From the IMG/VR virus record IMGVR_UViG_3300021399_000145, positions 1 to 64,000 of that record: a stretch of 64,000 bases of DNA. One strand, 5' to 3'. A model generated the notes under the pieces. The model did not search any database and was not told the origin of the DNA. It was given only the letters and a program-made list of their open reading frames with translations. A program made the translations under genes and the position numbers. The DNA is from a virus. The first letter of the stretch is position 1. Each line of letters begins with the position of its first letter. Shown here piece after piece: positions 45,813-56,641 of the stretch.

Positions 45813-47152
45813 GTAAATACCCCTTCTTCCTGACTATGCTGTTTAGCTTGCTCTATCCGCATCTTTCCGCCGTAAAAGCAAAAATCAAAGTAATCCGATT
45901 CATCCGTCATATCGTGCTGTTCACCAAGTCTATTCGCAGAAATTTTCATGAAAGCATTTCCACATTCAACGCCATCTTGTTCAACCATTTCGCGACTCTT
46001 GACTTGCCACTTAGCGGAGAATGACACATACCTTTCAATCTTATCGGAGTCAGCAACTTCGTTTTGGCGATTAAGCTGTACGGCAGAAATAACCACCATA
46101 TTTAAAGACCCCGCGATTTTATTTTTTAAAAAGTCAGCCATTGCTCCAAGCTTGTTATAATTAAGTTCTGTTGTGTCGGAGTTATTCTTAATATAATCAT
46201 ATACAAGAACTTCAAGACCAAACCTGTCTCGCAGTATCCTGCATGTGTTATACAGTTTTAATTCGTCATATTCTGGTCTATATATATGCCAAAACTTTCT
46301 TGATTTAAGCCAAGACAAAGCTCGATTAATCTTTTCTGATTCTTCTGGCGAATAGCTACCGTCTTTAATTTTCTTTACATCTATATTTGTCAGGTTGGCA
46401 AGCATACGGCGGATAAATAACTTATCAGACATTTCAGAATCTATATATAATACTGGAATATCATTCCTTAAAAGAAACATAGCCTGTTCCATGAGTAATA
46501 CGCTCTTACCCGCTTTTCTTCTACCGCCGAATATATACATTTCCGTTGGTTCTAATGGGGCATAATCATTCAATATGTCCCATTTCCAACGAACTTTACT
46601 TGAGTTGTCACGCTCTCTATCCTTTTCAATATCATTCCATAGACTATCAATTTTAGAACTAAACTCGTCCAAGTCATCTTCTATAACAAATTTTTTAGAT
46701 AAATCTTCTATTGTCGTGTATACTTCCGTATTAATTGTATCTAGCGGAACTTTCACATCTTTACACTTGTCTATTATCTTGTTTAATTTACTGCTTAATT
46801 GTCGCTTATATGCGTTAGACTGTACGATTTTTGCAAGCTGTATATAATCTTCTACTTTTTCTCTGGCGATTACTTCTGATATATCTTTAAGCTCCTGCAA
46901 ATCTGGCATGTTAGAGCTTTCATATATTTTATTTATCTGTGGATTATTCCTAATCTCAGAACTAATTGAAAATATATCAACTTGATTACCGCGAGTAAAA
47001 AGTGTTCTTATGGCATGGTAAATACAACCCATAGCCGTATCATAAAAGTGCGATGGCTGTAAAAAATCTGACTCTAACGCAAAATGCGGCTTATAAAGGA
47101 GCGTTGCGATAACGCCCCCTTCCGCCGAAGAATCATAAATTGGTTCACTCAA
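45809..47152 (-). CDS. dnaB: DnaB-like replicative helicase
   Basis: Walker A GGRRKAGKS and SAVQLNRQ (DnaB H4-like), with RecA-fold spacing. Confidence 0.7.
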   Translation of the reverse strand: MSEPIYDSSAEGGVIATLLYKPHFALESDFLQPSHFYDTAMGCIYHAIRTLFTRGNQVDIFSISSEIRNNPQINKIYESSNMPDLQELKDISEVIAREKVEDYIQLAKIVQSNAYKRQLSSKLNKIIDKCKDVKVPLDTINTEVYTTIEDLSKKFVIEDDLDEFSSKIDSLWNDIEKDRERDNSSKVRWKWDILNDYAPLEPTEMYIFGGRRKAGKSVLLMEQAMFLLRNDIPVLYIDSEMSDKLFIRRMLANLTNIDVKKIKDGSYSPEESEKINRALSWLKSRKFWHIYRPEYDELKLYNTCRILRDRFGLEVLVYDYIKNNSDTTELNYNKLGAMADFLKNKIAGSLNMVVISAVQLNRQNEVADSDKIERYVSFSAKWQVKSREMVEQDGVECGNAFMKISANRLGEQHDMTDESDYFDFCFYGGKMRIEQAKQHSQEEGVFT

Positions 47153-47170
47153 AATGTTCCCCTTTTATTA

Positions 47171-47656
47171 TTAATTAAACGGGAGATAATCTTCACTTCC
47201 CGCTAAAGAATCAGGAATATTTACAAAACTGCTATCAGATGAAGCTGTATTTGACTTCGTATTATTTCCGCCGCCGTTACCATCACTGAAATCAAAATCA
47301 AAAATACTCAGTGATTTATAATCGACAGTGGCTTGAACGTCCTTACCATCACGCCCTTTGAATGTAATCGCATTACCATCTTTGTCCTTGCGTGGTAATT
47401 TGGTAATACTAAAGTCGGCTCGAAGTACGTTAATTCTGATACGTCCATCTTTCATACCGTTCGGATAACTCTGCTTAATCTTATTCAGTGCATCGCCAAT
47501 AAAGAATACATTAAAGCTAAAGTTTTCATATGTTCCGTCAGCTCTCTTTGATGATGCAGAACCCTGTGCATGAATCCTTTTGCCATTCTGTTCATCGATA
47601 CTCCAAAGTGTTACTGTCGGGTCATAACTAACATTTCTTCCTACTGCTAATCCCAT
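47171..47656 (-). CDS. ssb: Single-stranded DNA-binding protein
   Basis: OB-fold-sized N-terminal domain, Gly/Asn-rich linker, and acidic C-terminal tip EDYLPFN resembling the SSB DDDIPF tail. Confidence 0.6.
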   Translation of the reverse strand: MGLAVGRNVSYDPTVTLWSIDEQNGKRIHAQGSASSKRADGTYENFSFNVFFIGDALNKIKQSYPNGMKDGRIRINVLRADFSITKLPRKDKDGNAITFKGRDGKDVQATVDYKSLSIFDFDFSDGNGGGNNTKSNTASSDSSFVNIPDSLAGSEDYLPFN

Positions 47657-47670
47657 TTGTCTAATCTCCT

Positions 47671-48396
47671 TTAATTATTATTTGCTTTTACTCTTACTGT
47701 TTTCAGTTTCTTAACAAGTGCATTAAGTGTTTCTTCATCTTCGCAAAGTCGCGGGTCGCCGTTACATTCCTTCGGAAGATTTGTTAAAAGAATTTCATCA
47801 ATTTTTGCGCTTGCCCTTTCATCTTTGTTTTCTGATGCGGCTTTCTTCTTCTGTGCGATAAGACCCATAGCTTCTGTCGCGGCTTTCTGTACGCTTACAA
47901 TCGCATCAGGAACATCTTCGCCAGTCCAAAGATTAATCGCTAAACCAAACATAGCAATATTCTTTGCAAGGCAACGCATAGTCGCTTTATTGATATCGTT
48001 CATATTTGCGGCTGATACTTTGTTTTTTCCAACCTGTCTTTCTTCAAGAGCCATACTTGTGTTGCGGAAATCCATAACGGGTAACTGCATATATCTTGTA
48101 TGACCTTCTACCGTTACGCTTGTCGCAACCATAAGACCCGCCTTTGTAACAAGGTAAGGGTCATCCATACCGCCCATGATTTTTTCACCACTATCTGTTA
48201 CACCTACTATTGTCTGACTATTGTCGAATGTTATAAATTCGTATGATGCATTATAGTGTGAACAAATTTCATCCCAAGCTGTAGCCCAAGGCATATAATC
48301 TAATCCGTTTTTACTTTTTGTTCTGTCTGATACAGTAATCTTTCTAAGGTTGTTATAAATTTCCTTAAAAGAAATAAAATCTTTTTCGGTTTCCAA
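47671..48396 (-). CDS. Single-strand annealing protein (Sak/Rad52-like), TTG start
   Basis: NGLDYMPWATAWDEI and NIAMFGLAINLW resemble the Rad52/Sak family motifs. It sits adjacent to ssb. Confidence 0.45.
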   Translation of the reverse strand: METEKDFISFKEIYNNLRKITVSDRTKSKNGLDYMPWATAWDEICSHYNASYEFITFDNSQTIVGVTDSGEKIMGGMDDPYLVTKAGLMVATSVTVEGHTRYMQLPVMDFRNTSMALEERQVGKNKVSAANMNDINKATMRCLAKNIAMFGLAINLWTGEDVPDAIVSVQKAATEAMGLIAQKKKAASENKDERASAKIDEILLTNLPKECNGDPRLCEDEETLNALVKKLKTVRVKANNN

Positions 48397-48474
48397 TCTT
48401 ATACTCCTTTTCTACTTACATTCTCCTTTAGTTACTATATATAAAAGCAGAATTTCTTCTGCTATTATAAAGAA

Positions 48475-48765
48475 TTAATATACAGAGATAATTTTCATTA
48501 TAGAATCATAATACCTTATAGTGAACATATCGAGTTTCTCTGAATAAAGAATATTTGGTTTGCAAGAACAGTTAATTGTTATTATCGGCGTAATATCCTC
48601 TCCCCAAACTGTGATATTTTTTACCATATTTACATCTACTTCTCTAATGGTTACGCTAGGTGATGATACCATCATGTACCCATTTTCAAAAGAATATCCT
48701 ATAGTTTTTCCTCGTTTTTCGTTCAACCAATTTATTAATACATCATCAGTAACAGTATTAAACAA
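48475..48765 (-). CDS. Hypothetical protein
   Basis: ORF track. Confidence 0.35.
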   Translation of the reverse strand: MFNTVTDDVLINWLNEKRGKTIGYSFENGYMMVSSPSVTIREVDVNMVKNITVWGEDITPIITINCSCKPNILYSEKLDMFTIRYYDSIMKIISVY

Positions 48766-48850
48766 TTTGTAGTTCCTCCTTGCTTACCTGTGTTAAGTAT
48801 TATACCACACTTAGCAAGAAAAAGCAAACACTTGTTCGGAAAATTTGTTC

Positions 48851-49876
48851 TTATTTTTTCGCATTCGATTCTAACTCTCGCTTCAACCTGACAGCGTGAT
48901 ATCTATATGACGTTTTAAATTTATCTATAGCAAGCTCATTATCGAAGTCCCACCCGTATGTATTACGCAACATAGCGTTTAATTCATCATGTTCTGCCTT
49001 GTCAGTAGTTGGATTCAGCATAACATCAATAAAGCGTTCTTTACCAAGGTTTTCAACAACTCTATTTATAAGTCCGCTCTCCCATAACCTTTGTTGCGAG
49101 AAATCAGTTCCGTTGTTATGGTTGAATCTTTCTAACAATTTATACATGCTTTTCTGTATACGATGCCGACCTTCATCTACAGTTACAAAGTGTTCTATAT
49201 CACTTTTATTTATCATGATATAAGGGACTACGCGGTCTTCGACCGCTACCAGAACGCCTTTCTTATAAGTATATAAAAATTCATTTTCGTCCTTTAATTT
49301 GTAGATACTGTCTAATAATCTTTTTGACGGTATCCTGTCGCCAAACTTAGTATGAATTACACCGTCTGAATCAATATCCGAATATCGAAAATTAGATAAC
49401 AACTTGTACGAGGAAAATATACCCTCATAAATCGACAAAGTAATTACGTTGTAGTAATCTTTATTATCAATATTTTGGTCAATCGCATTACAAATATATT
49501 CTCTTGTATACGGCTTCAACGAATCGTTCATCGATATATAGTTTGTAAACGCATCCAATGTTAAAGCAAGTCCATAGCAAGGGTTATTACTTACAATCCC
49601 CTTGTCAAGCAAAAAATTAAAAAGTTTTGTATAAGCTCCGCGACCAACGTGAAAACTAGACACGGACGTTGTATTTATTCTTTCGTATAGTAGTTCCGCT
49701 ATATCTATATCTTTAAACTCCGCAAAAGATTTATAACCACGCTCTTCTGCTATGTTGTCTATGGACTCGCTACGTAAAAACTTTAACTCTGTTTTCGTAA
49801 GTTCGTTATTGTTAATAAATTCTTTTAAGTAATTATTATATTCTTGTTTAGTTAATGTATACATATTATTTACCAT
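48851..49876 (-). CDS. Hypothetical protein downstream of the recombinase (possible accessory/DNA-binding)
   Basis: ORF track. Confidence 0.4.
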   Translation of the reverse strand: MVNNMYTLTKQEYNNYLKEFINNNELTKTELKFLRSESIDNIAEERGYKSFAEFKDIDIAELLYERINTTSVSSFHVGRGAYTKLFNFLLDKGIVSNNPCYGLALTLDAFTNYISMNDSLKPYTREYICNAIDQNIDNKDYYNVITLSIYEGIFSSYKLLSNFRYSDIDSDGVIHTKFGDRIPSKRLLDSIYKLKDENEFLYTYKKGVLVAVEDRVVPYIMINKSDIEHFVTVDEGRHRIQKSMYKLLERFNHNNGTDFSQQRLWESGLINRVVENLGKERFIDVMLNPTTDKAEHDELNAMLRNTYGWDFDNELAIDKFKTSYRYHAVRLKRELESNAKK

Positions 49877-49928
49877 CCTTTCATGGTAATAATATACTAT
49901 TTCTTAACAAAAGTACAATAATTTTTTA

Positions 49929-50657
49929 TTACTTATTTATTAAATTAGAATAAAAGTCACTCACATCACTATAGAGTTCTCTATTGTTATCTTCATCGAT
50001 GCCACAATACGCAAGTGTAATTCTTTCTGATGTATGTCCAAACAATCTCATTAACGTTGCAAGAAACATAGCATCATCCTGATGTGTTTTCATTGATGTA
50101 TACCCGAATGTCTTGCGCAGACCATGATTGCCGATACTCAATTCAATCCCCGCATACGCCGCACCCTCATTACACCACTTCCAAGCACCTTGTCTTGTCA
50201 TGTAACCTGTTGAACTTTTATTAGACGGGAAAAGATACCATTCAAGATTGAACTCGCCATAGTAATTTCTCAGAGCCGCCTTGTATTCATCAAGAACAGA
50301 CTGTAAAAGTGGGTTGATACCAAACTCACCATATTTAGATGTTTTCTTCTGGTGGACTCTAATAAACTCCCTATATCTATAATTACCCTGCAATACATCG
50401 CTCCACTTCCTACATATTACATCTGATACACGAAGTCCAGTACAAAGTTCGAACATTACAAGAGCATATTTCTCCATGTCCGTAATAGAATTATTCTTTT
50501 TGCTGTTATAATAAGAGATATAAAGTTTGAGTTTATTTTCATCTTTGATAGCGTATGTTTTGCAAGACTCACCCGCCGCATGAGTCTTACGTTCTTTCGT
50601 TGGAAACTGAACAAATTTGCATTTTTCGTCTGGAATCGGAACTGCAACTGCTGTCAT
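49929..50657 (-). CDS. Short tyrosine recombinase (catalytic domain only)
   Basis: TGLRVSDV (Arg I), HGLRKTF (HxxR) and LFGHTSERITLAYCG (His/Tyr), with an AAAGGAGGG RBS. Confidence 0.65.
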   Translation of the reverse strand: MTAVAVPIPDEKCKFVQFPTKERKTHAAGESCKTYAIKDENKLKLYISYYNSKKNNSITDMEKYALVMFELCTGLRVSDVICRKWSDVLQGNYRYREFIRVHQKKTSKYGEFGINPLLQSVLDEYKAALRNYYGEFNLEWYLFPSNKSSTGYMTRQGAWKWCNEGAAYAGIELSIGNHGLRKTFGYTSMKTHQDDAMFLATLMRLFGHTSERITLAYCGIDEDNNRELYSDVSDFYSNLINK

Positions 50658-50743
50658 AACTAAACCCTCCTTTATTTTGTGCTACTTATGTTCTCTATTC
50701 TTCTTTAATTATAAGCCCTAACAGTTAACACTGTCAAGGCTAA

Positions 50744-51016
50744 TTATTCTTCGCCAACTTGTTCTTCCCATATATCAAAGTATTCATCGAGGATTTCATT
50801 AATCTTATGAATTCCATGCAAACCAACATGGTCTACAACTTCACCTCTGAATCCTTTAATATCGATGTTATTAACGTTTCTAACGTTTAAAGACCATAAT
50901 GCACGAGCATAAAGATAACAATTAGTATCCCAATCACTTACCTTTTCTGGATTCATTGTAACCATATCATCAGAAACTTTCATCTTGTTGCCCTCCTTTA
51001 TCTGAACATTGGACAA
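50744..51016 (-). CDS. Hypothetical protein
   Basis: ORF track. Confidence 0.35.
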   Translation of the reverse strand: MSNVQIKEGNKMKVSDDMVTMNPEKVSDWDTNCYLYARALWSLNVRNVNNIDIKGFRGEVVDHVGLHGIHKINEILDEYFDIWEEQVGEE

Positions 51017-51092
51017 ATTGTATCACAATTCCGACACGCTGTCAACAGGAACTTTTCTGAAATCTCGTTGTTTGTGTTTCGCCTAGCCTGTT

Positions 51093-51524
51093 TTACCACC
51101 ATAAAACATAAAAAATGTCTGCGAGAATGTGAAGAGCTTTTTTAGCTTCCTCTTGTGATAACTCAATTTCCGATAAAGAACTATCCAATCCGACATCATT
51201 ATTCACTATTATGTATCGTCTTAACTTCGGGATAATTGTATCAAGACATTCTTCTATGGTTCGTTCGACTCCATCATAGCACTTGATATGGTTATAGTTT
51301 AAATCAACTACCTTTTCTGCACGCTTTTTATATTCCATTAAATGAGTATACACCCATTCAATAAGTATACAGCCAAAGTCAAATGTTTCGGCGGGATTAA
51401 TACCCCACTTCTTCTCATATTTTATATATTCCTTTTCGTATTCAAGACCTTTTAAGAAATTCACGCTATGATTTTTTCTTTTAACACCAAGCTTTTCAAG
51501 ATATTTATTCTTTTTAAGTTTCAT
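51093..51524 (-). CDS. Hypothetical protein
   Basis: ORF track. Confidence 0.35.
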   Translation of the reverse strand: MKLKKNKYLEKLGVKRKNHSVNFLKGLEYEKEYIKYEKKWGINPAETFDFGCILIEWVYTHLMEYKKRAEKVVDLNYNHIKCYDGVERTIEECLDTIIPKLRRYIIVNNDVGLDSSLSEIELSQEEAKKALHILADIFYVLWW

Positions 51525-52279
51525 AAATCCCTCTCGTTAATTGTATTCCATTTTTTATTATTCCAATATTTCCACTGAAATTCTCCGCCAGAAATACGTG
51601 TTTCGATATCTACAACTTTCTTGTCGCTTTTTAAAAAGTTTAATATCTTATTAGCTTCTTCATCTGGAACGCCGTATAGCTTCTTATACCTTGCGATATC
51701 ATGCTCAATCTGCTCTATACTCCATTCTTCGTCTGTTAGCGTAGCTTGACGTTCAATCTCCGCATTAAGACTTTCAGCCTCCATCTCTGCTGATTTAAAG
51801 TCGTGATACAGCTTGTGATATGGTACTGTTGCACTTTTTTGTTTCAATCTACGCCACATCGGATAAGTCTTTATAATCCTATATCCTTCTTTTGTTATCT
51901 CAGCTTGAATTTCACCGTCAAATATTTCTCTTGTGCGAACAAGTATTCCTTTATCTAATAGTTTTTTTACATTTTCCGCATCAGTTAGAGATAAATAATC
52001 ATCACCTGTCCATTTATCAAAATTATCAAATGTAATTTCGAATAGTTCTGTATTCCAAGTCCAACCCTTTGGTAATTTCTTAAATTTTGTTTCTGATTTA
52101 AATTCGTTAATTGGTATTCCGTTTACTCTTCTTCTTTCGTATACAGATAATAAATCAATCATCGCGCCAGAGTCGGATAAGCAATCGATTACCCCGTATG
52201 TAACATAATAATTAGAATAATAATCTTTCGTTACCCAATAAACAATATCGTCATGTTTAAAATCTTTAATTGTATTCAT
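51521..52279 (-). CDS. Hypothetical protein
   Basis: ORF track. Confidence 0.4.
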   Translation of the reverse strand: MNTIKDFKHDDIVYWVTKDYYSNYYVTYGVIDCLSDSGAMIDLLSVYERRRVNGIPINEFKSETKFKKLPKGWTWNTELFEITFDNFDKWTGDDYLSLTDAENVKKLLDKGILVRTREIFDGEIQAEITKEGYRIIKTYPMWRRLKQKSATVPYHKLYHDFKSAEMEAESLNAEIERQATLTDEEWSIEQIEHDIARYKKLYGVPDEEANKILNFLKSDKKVVDIETRISGGEFQWKYWNNKKWNTINERDL

Positions 52280-52283
52280 AAAA

Positions 52284-52622
52284 TCAAAACCTTTCTGGCA
52301 AAGCTAAAATCTCACTTATTGGGGCGTTTTTATATATTTCTCCTCCAATACCTTTATATTGAGAGCAACAGTTATCTTTTCCATCATCACTAAGGCTCTC
52401 CCAAACTATTGGGCAATTACTACACATCATATCAGAATACTGCTCATCAAATTCACAAAGAAAGCAACAACACGCTATCGATTGCCCTGAAAATCTTTCT
52501 TTACACCAATTTATTTTAAATTCTTCTCTGTCATAACCTTTCGGACAGTCACCAAGTTCTCTCTGCATATCGCTCCACATTTCTCTATGTAATTTCAATG
52601 CTTCTTCTAATGTTAATTTCAT
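52284..52622 (-). CDS. Cys-rich hypothetical protein (14 Cys)
   Basis: ORF track. Confidence 0.35.
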   Translation of the reverse strand: MKLTLEEALKLHREMWSDMQRELGDCPKGYDREEFKINWCKERFSGQSIACCCFLCEFDEQYSDMMCSNCPIVWESLSDDGKDNCCSQYKGIGGEIYKNAPISEILALPERF

Positions 52623-52637
52623 TTTTAATCCCCTTTC

Positions 52638-52856
52638 TTAATAATACTTTTGGAATTTTTCAGCTAAATAATAATCGTACTCTCTCTTTATTTTATTTTT
52701 GATTTTTCGTTCGTCCATCATTCTTTTGAACTCGATGTATTTCTCACATTTCGAATGGCAACCGACATTTCTATCCGCACAATCTTTACATGGTGATGAT
52801 GTGTTAAAATATTTTGGTTTTGTTATTGGTTTAAAATTTGTAGTAATAATCACCAT
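52638..52856 (-). CDS. Small Cys-rich protein (CKDCADRNVGCHSKC)
   Basis: ORF track. Confidence 0.3.
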   Translation of the reverse strand: MVIITTNFKPITKPKYFNTSSPCKDCADRNVGCHSKCEKYIEFKRMMDERKIKNKIKREYDYYLAEKFQKYY

Positions 52857-52889
52857 AAAATATTACCTACATTCACCTTTCTTTGAATA

Positions 52890-53135
52890 CTATTTTTTAT
52901 TTACAATAAATGTTTCCTTATATTCTTCGCGATACCTTCTTTCCGCCTCGCGTTTTGTGTATCCGTAATACTGTTTTACTCCCGCCAACCCGTAAACCAC
53001 CCATGCACCATGTATATTCTTTTCAGAAAAGTAAATCACGCCAGTATTATACATCTTACATTCTCCTTTCTTAGTGTGGTAATTTTGTATTCGGGTTAAA
53101 CTTCTTTCCCTCTTTGAATCCCTCGCCGTAAACAT
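52890..53135 (-). CDS. Hypothetical protein
   Basis: ORF track. Confidence 0.3.
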   Translation of the reverse strand: MFTARDSKRERSLTRIQNYHTKKGECKMYNTGVIYFSEKNIHGAWVVYGLAGVKQYYGYTKREAERRYREEYKETFIVNKK

Positions 53136-53739
53136 TATAATCCATTTCCTTATGTTTCAGTTTATGGTTTTTCGTTACAAAACCTGTCTTCATGTATTCG
53201 GAAACTTCCGAGGGCATTTGCATTACTAATCCCCATCCTGCTTCTTTTCCATCCTTCTGCTCTTTAAAAGCGTCACGTATACCATTAACAAATCCTGTGG
53301 CGTAGGAATTTTTAACGGTGTTTTCAACTTTCCGCGAGTTACAGCGGTATTTATAAATGTGGTCAAGGTAATACTGACTACAACTATTCGCAGAATCAAC
53401 AGCGTATTTGAAAATGTTTGCGCAAACATCTACATCGCCATCAAGACCGATAAATAAAACTTCCAACGTCTGCCGCCCGTTTACGGCACAGCCACAACAA
53501 TAATTCTCAGCTATCGTACAAGCGAGAGTGCCGACCCAACGGCTACCGCGATTGGTATATGTAATTCCAGTCATAACTCTGCGCACTTCTTTGTTTTTAG
53601 TTTCCGCAAGGTCAATTTCTGATATTTTATGAGCCGCCATTAACTCTTTTGCTTTAAGTAACGCGGCTTTTGCCTCGTGTTCGTTGTTGCTTTCAGCGAG
53701 AGCAAGAAGTTTCTTGATTTTTTCTTTGTAGTCTTTCAT
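53071..53739 (-). CDS. DUF2786-like protein (N-terminal KKLLALAESNNEHEAKAA helix)
   Basis: The N-terminal motif matches a family common on plasmids and phages. Function unknown. Confidence 0.35.
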   Translation of the reverse strand: MKDYKEKIKKLLALAESNNEHEAKAALLKAKELMAAHKISEIDLAETKNKEVRRVMTGITYTNRGSRWVGTLACTIAENYCCGCAVNGRQTLEVLFIGLDGDVDVCANIFKYAVDSANSCSQYYLDHIYKYRCNSRKVENTVKNSYATGFVNGIRDAFKEQKDGKEAGWGLVMQMPSEVSEYMKTGFVTKNHKLKHKEMDYNVYGEGFKEGKKFNPNTKLPH

Positions 53740-53939
53740 ATTTTTCCTTCCTTTATATTAACATTCACCGCAATTCTATTTAAGTATCTTATTATAGAAT
53801 CTATCGGCAATATAGCAATTTCTATTTCATCATCTTTTAATTTTTGATTTAATATGTGTTGCCGCGCTTTTTTTATATCTTCTATGTGTTTATCAACATC
53901 ATATACTATTCTCATTAATAACCATTTTCCTCCTCCCAT
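53736..53939 (-). CDS. Small hypothetical protein
   Basis: ORF track. Confidence 0.3.
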   Translation of the reverse strand: MGGGKWLLMRIVYDVDKHIEDIKKARQHILNQKLKDDEIEIAILPIDSIIRYLNRIAVNVNIKEGKI

Positions 53940-54214
53940 TCGCGCAGTTCTTTATCATCGACACTAATTAATAACGGGTCATCCCAGTGACAACCATCCC
54001 AACCATTACGATACGCTTCTTTACGTATAGCTATTCTCAGCTTTTCGCTATGCGGAACAAGCATGTATTTATAAACTGGTGGTCTGCCATCCGTGTAAGC
54101 CTGATATGGTTCTTCTATAATGTGTCCTATTCTATTAGCTGTCATTATTGGTACTTTCCCGCCATTAATAATTTTTCTGGAATATTCTTTAATTTTTCTT
54201 GATTTAAGTTTCAT
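53915..54214 (-). CDS. Hypothetical protein
   Basis: ORF track. Confidence 0.3.
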   Translation of the reverse strand: MKLKSRKIKEYSRKIINGGKVPIMTANRIGHIIEEPYQAYTDGRPPVYKYMLVPHSEKLRIAIRKEAYRNGWDGCHWDDPLLISVDDKELREWEEENGY

Positions 54215-54229
54215 ATTCTTTTCCTTCCT

Positions 54230-54601
54230 TTATTCCTCGCTGTAAATCTCAACGGTAATATCGTCAAATGCCTGAATCAGAGCCGTTGTTATGTCTTTGA
54301 AATGTTTGCATTTCTTTTTATTAAGCCGTATCTTTACAAGTTTTCTATATTCCTTGTTAAGAATATTTTCCGTATATCCTTCTTTCTTGTTAAGTCCAAG
54401 ACAATTTTTCATATGCGACTTATCAATCCAGAAATCAGAAAGTGAATACTTATCTACACCATCCTCTGTATATTCATTAATAAAGATTAAGTAGGCGTTA
54501 CCAACGTAAAGATTTACTGTATATTCTCTGTTATCTCCATCGTAGGTATCACGAAACGTAGCTTCTCCGCATTTTTCATTCCACAACCAATTAAGTGCCA
54601 T
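54230..54601 (-). CDS. Hypothetical protein
   Basis: ORF track. Confidence 0.35.
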   Translation of the reverse strand: MALNWLWNEKCGEATFRDTYDGDNREYTVNLYVGNAYLIFINEYTEDGVDKYSLSDFWIDKSHMKNCLGLNKKEGYTENILNKEYRKLVKIRLNKKKCKHFKDITTALIQAFDDITVEIYSEE

Positions 54602-54638
54602 ATTATTTCCTTCCTTTCTTGTGAATTACTTATGTTAA

Positions 54639-54827
54639 TTAGTCTACTTTAAACGAACAATCTTCGTCAAGTTCTCTTTCACACCATTCAGATACTTCCG
54701 ACATGAATTTATAAAGTTTTTCCGACTCTATATTATTCTTTCTACCGTATCGTTTAATGTAATCAGGATTGTCGCACACCACAATAACATAAGAGCTGTC
54801 ATACCCTTCGTAAATTTCAACCGTCAT
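54639..54827 (-). CDS. Small hypothetical protein
   Basis: ORF track. Confidence 0.3.
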   Translation of the reverse strand: MTVEIYEGYDSSYVIVVCDNPDYIKRYGRKNNIESEKLYKFMSEVSEWCERELDEDCSFKVD

Positions 54828-54838
54828 ATTTTCCTCAC

Positions 54839-55126
54839 TTATTTAATCCCGTTTTCATCCATATAATTCATAGCTTTTTTGGTATTTTTGAGAGTTTCGA
54901 TTAATTTTTCTCCACATTCAATCATGTATTCCACATCTTCTGTATCTCCACCATACGTTAAAAAGCAATTAAATGCATTATCAATATCCCTCAATTTTTT
55001 CTGGATTTGACTACGCCATTCTACAATAGTTTGTTCTCTTCGTGTCATATCATCTCTCCTTAGTTGCGCTATAAATGTAAGAACCTCTGCTACCAATAAC
55101 AACAATATCTCCGCAACCACTTGCAA
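54839..55126 (-). CDS. Hypothetical protein
   Basis: ORF track. Confidence 0.3.
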   Translation of the reverse strand: MQVVAEILLLLVAEVLTFIAQLRRDDMTRREQTIVEWRSQIQKKLRDIDNAFNCFLTYGGDTEDVEYMIECGEKLIETLKNTKKAMNYMDENGIK

Positions 55127-55244
55127 TTTGTCTTTTTATGTTTTTATACCCCAACTTTTTTAATGCTTCAATCGGTGAACTTGCTTCGACGACAGGCGGC
55201 TTATCAAAAATAGGTAATCTTAAATCGTTTATTTTATATTTCAT
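55050..55244 (-). CDS. Small hypothetical protein
   Basis: ORF track. Confidence 0.25.
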   Translation of the reverse strand: MKYKINDLRLPIFDKPPVVEASSPIEALKKLGYKNIKRQIASGCGDIVVIGSRGSYIYSATKER

Positions 55245-55286
55245 ATTTCCCTCTTTATTTACAAGGCGGCGTAAAGCCGCCCGCCA

Positions 55287-56567
55287 TCATGCCATCAGAT
55301 TTTTAAACTTAGGGATTGCCCGTGTGATTTCCGTCTGCGGCACTCCATTATATTCTGTATGTTTTTTAACTGTAAATGTAATTGTATCAATAGTATACAT
55401 TTCCAGTTTTATATTTCCCCAATCCCATTCTTTTATCTGGTCGCTAATCATTTCAATTTGTGATTTTGCAGTTTTCCAGATAAGAATTTCACCAGATTTA
55501 AGGATTATTCTATAAGCATATCCACCGCCAAACTGATTATCAAAGCTATACAAATAATCAAATGCGATAGCTTCAACATCTTTATAACGCTTCTTTTCCT
55601 CGCCAAAGTGTTTTGATGCGGCATCAGCTTTCTTCCGCTCCGCTCTTGCCTTTTCATCGGCAATATGCTTATTGTATCCCTGCGGCAAGTAGCAAAGATA
55701 TCCGATATTATTATATGTTACATAACCGTCTTTAAGAATAACACCCATATTGTTAATAAATTCGTTATCCCTCTTCGTTTCATACATATTGAGATAATAA
55801 CCAATAATTTTCTCAACCTTTTCCGCCGTTTCTTCCTTATTAAAATCGCTTTTTAAAACTCTTTCGTCATAACGATTTTCTTTAAGATTGTTATTTATTC
55901 TTGTAATTCTATCTTCAATGGTCGTTTTGTCGTTTCTGACAATTAACTCTCTAACATATTTCTTAGTGGAAGGTAATGAATAATCTTCCCATGCTTTCAT
56001 ATAGCCGAGTTTGTCGATGAGTTCACTTGCGTATGCAAGTACATCCTCTACTTCATAGTAGATTTCTCCGCCAGAAGGAAAGAACCCATCAAATTCTTCC
56101 AGTTCCGCAATTCCGTCATACCAACTTGTAACGTACTCCGCATTAAGACCGCCAGTATAAAGTATCAAGCACTGTTTACCGACCTGTTTCCACTCGTCTG
56201 TTTTGACGTTGTGGATTATGTACAAGTTTTTTCTATCACGGCGTGTTCCGCAATGTTCACAGATATTATCCGTTGTCCAAAATCTCTGAGGAATATCAAT
56301 ATCCGCGAACTTCTTAACAACATTTCCTTCTTTATGATTTTCGAGAGTTGCTACACACTCCCAATCATCAATCCGCGCCGTTCCTTCTACTTTAACAACA
56401 AGAAACTTATATGTAACTTCCTCTCCATTCTCGTCTTTTCCATTCTTAATTGTTTCCCCGACCACTTCAAATGCGAACGGGTTTCCGTACTTAGCACATT
56501 TCTTTGCGATGCGGTTAAGTTTCTTCTCTACCTTATCAAAAAGTCCTTCGTAAATTTCATACGTCAT
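55287..56567 (-). CDS. Hypothetical protein (426 aa)
   Basis: Long ORF with a promoter-family copy upstream. Confidence 0.45.
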   Translation of the reverse strand: MTYEIYEGLFDKVEKKLNRIAKKCAKYGNPFAFEVVGETIKNGKDENGEEVTYKFLVVKVEGTARIDDWECVATLENHKEGNVVKKFADIDIPQRFWTTDNICEHCGTRRDRKNLYIIHNVKTDEWKQVGKQCLILYTGGLNAEYVTSWYDGIAELEEFDGFFPSGGEIYYEVEDVLAYASELIDKLGYMKAWEDYSLPSTKKYVRELIVRNDKTTIEDRITRINNNLKENRYDERVLKSDFNKEETAEKVEKIIGYYLNMYETKRDNEFINNMGVILKDGYVTYNNIGYLCYLPQGYNKHIADEKARAERKKADAASKHFGEEKKRYKDVEAIAFDYLYSFDNQFGGGYAYRIILKSGEILIWKTAKSQIEMISDQIKEWDWGNIKLEMYTIDTITFTVKKHTEYNGVPQTEITRAIPKFKNLMA

Positions 56568-56604
56568 CTGTTTCGCCCTCCTAAAACCGTTATCCTACTG
56601 TTAC

Positions 56605-56633
56605 AGTATACTACTTATATTCTCTTTTTGCAA
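56605..56633 (-). promoter_or_regulatory. Promoter family copy (TTGCAA-AAAGAGAATATAAGTAG-TATACT)
   Basis: Read on the minus strand. Confidence 0.55.
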
Positions 56634-56641
56634 GAGTAAAA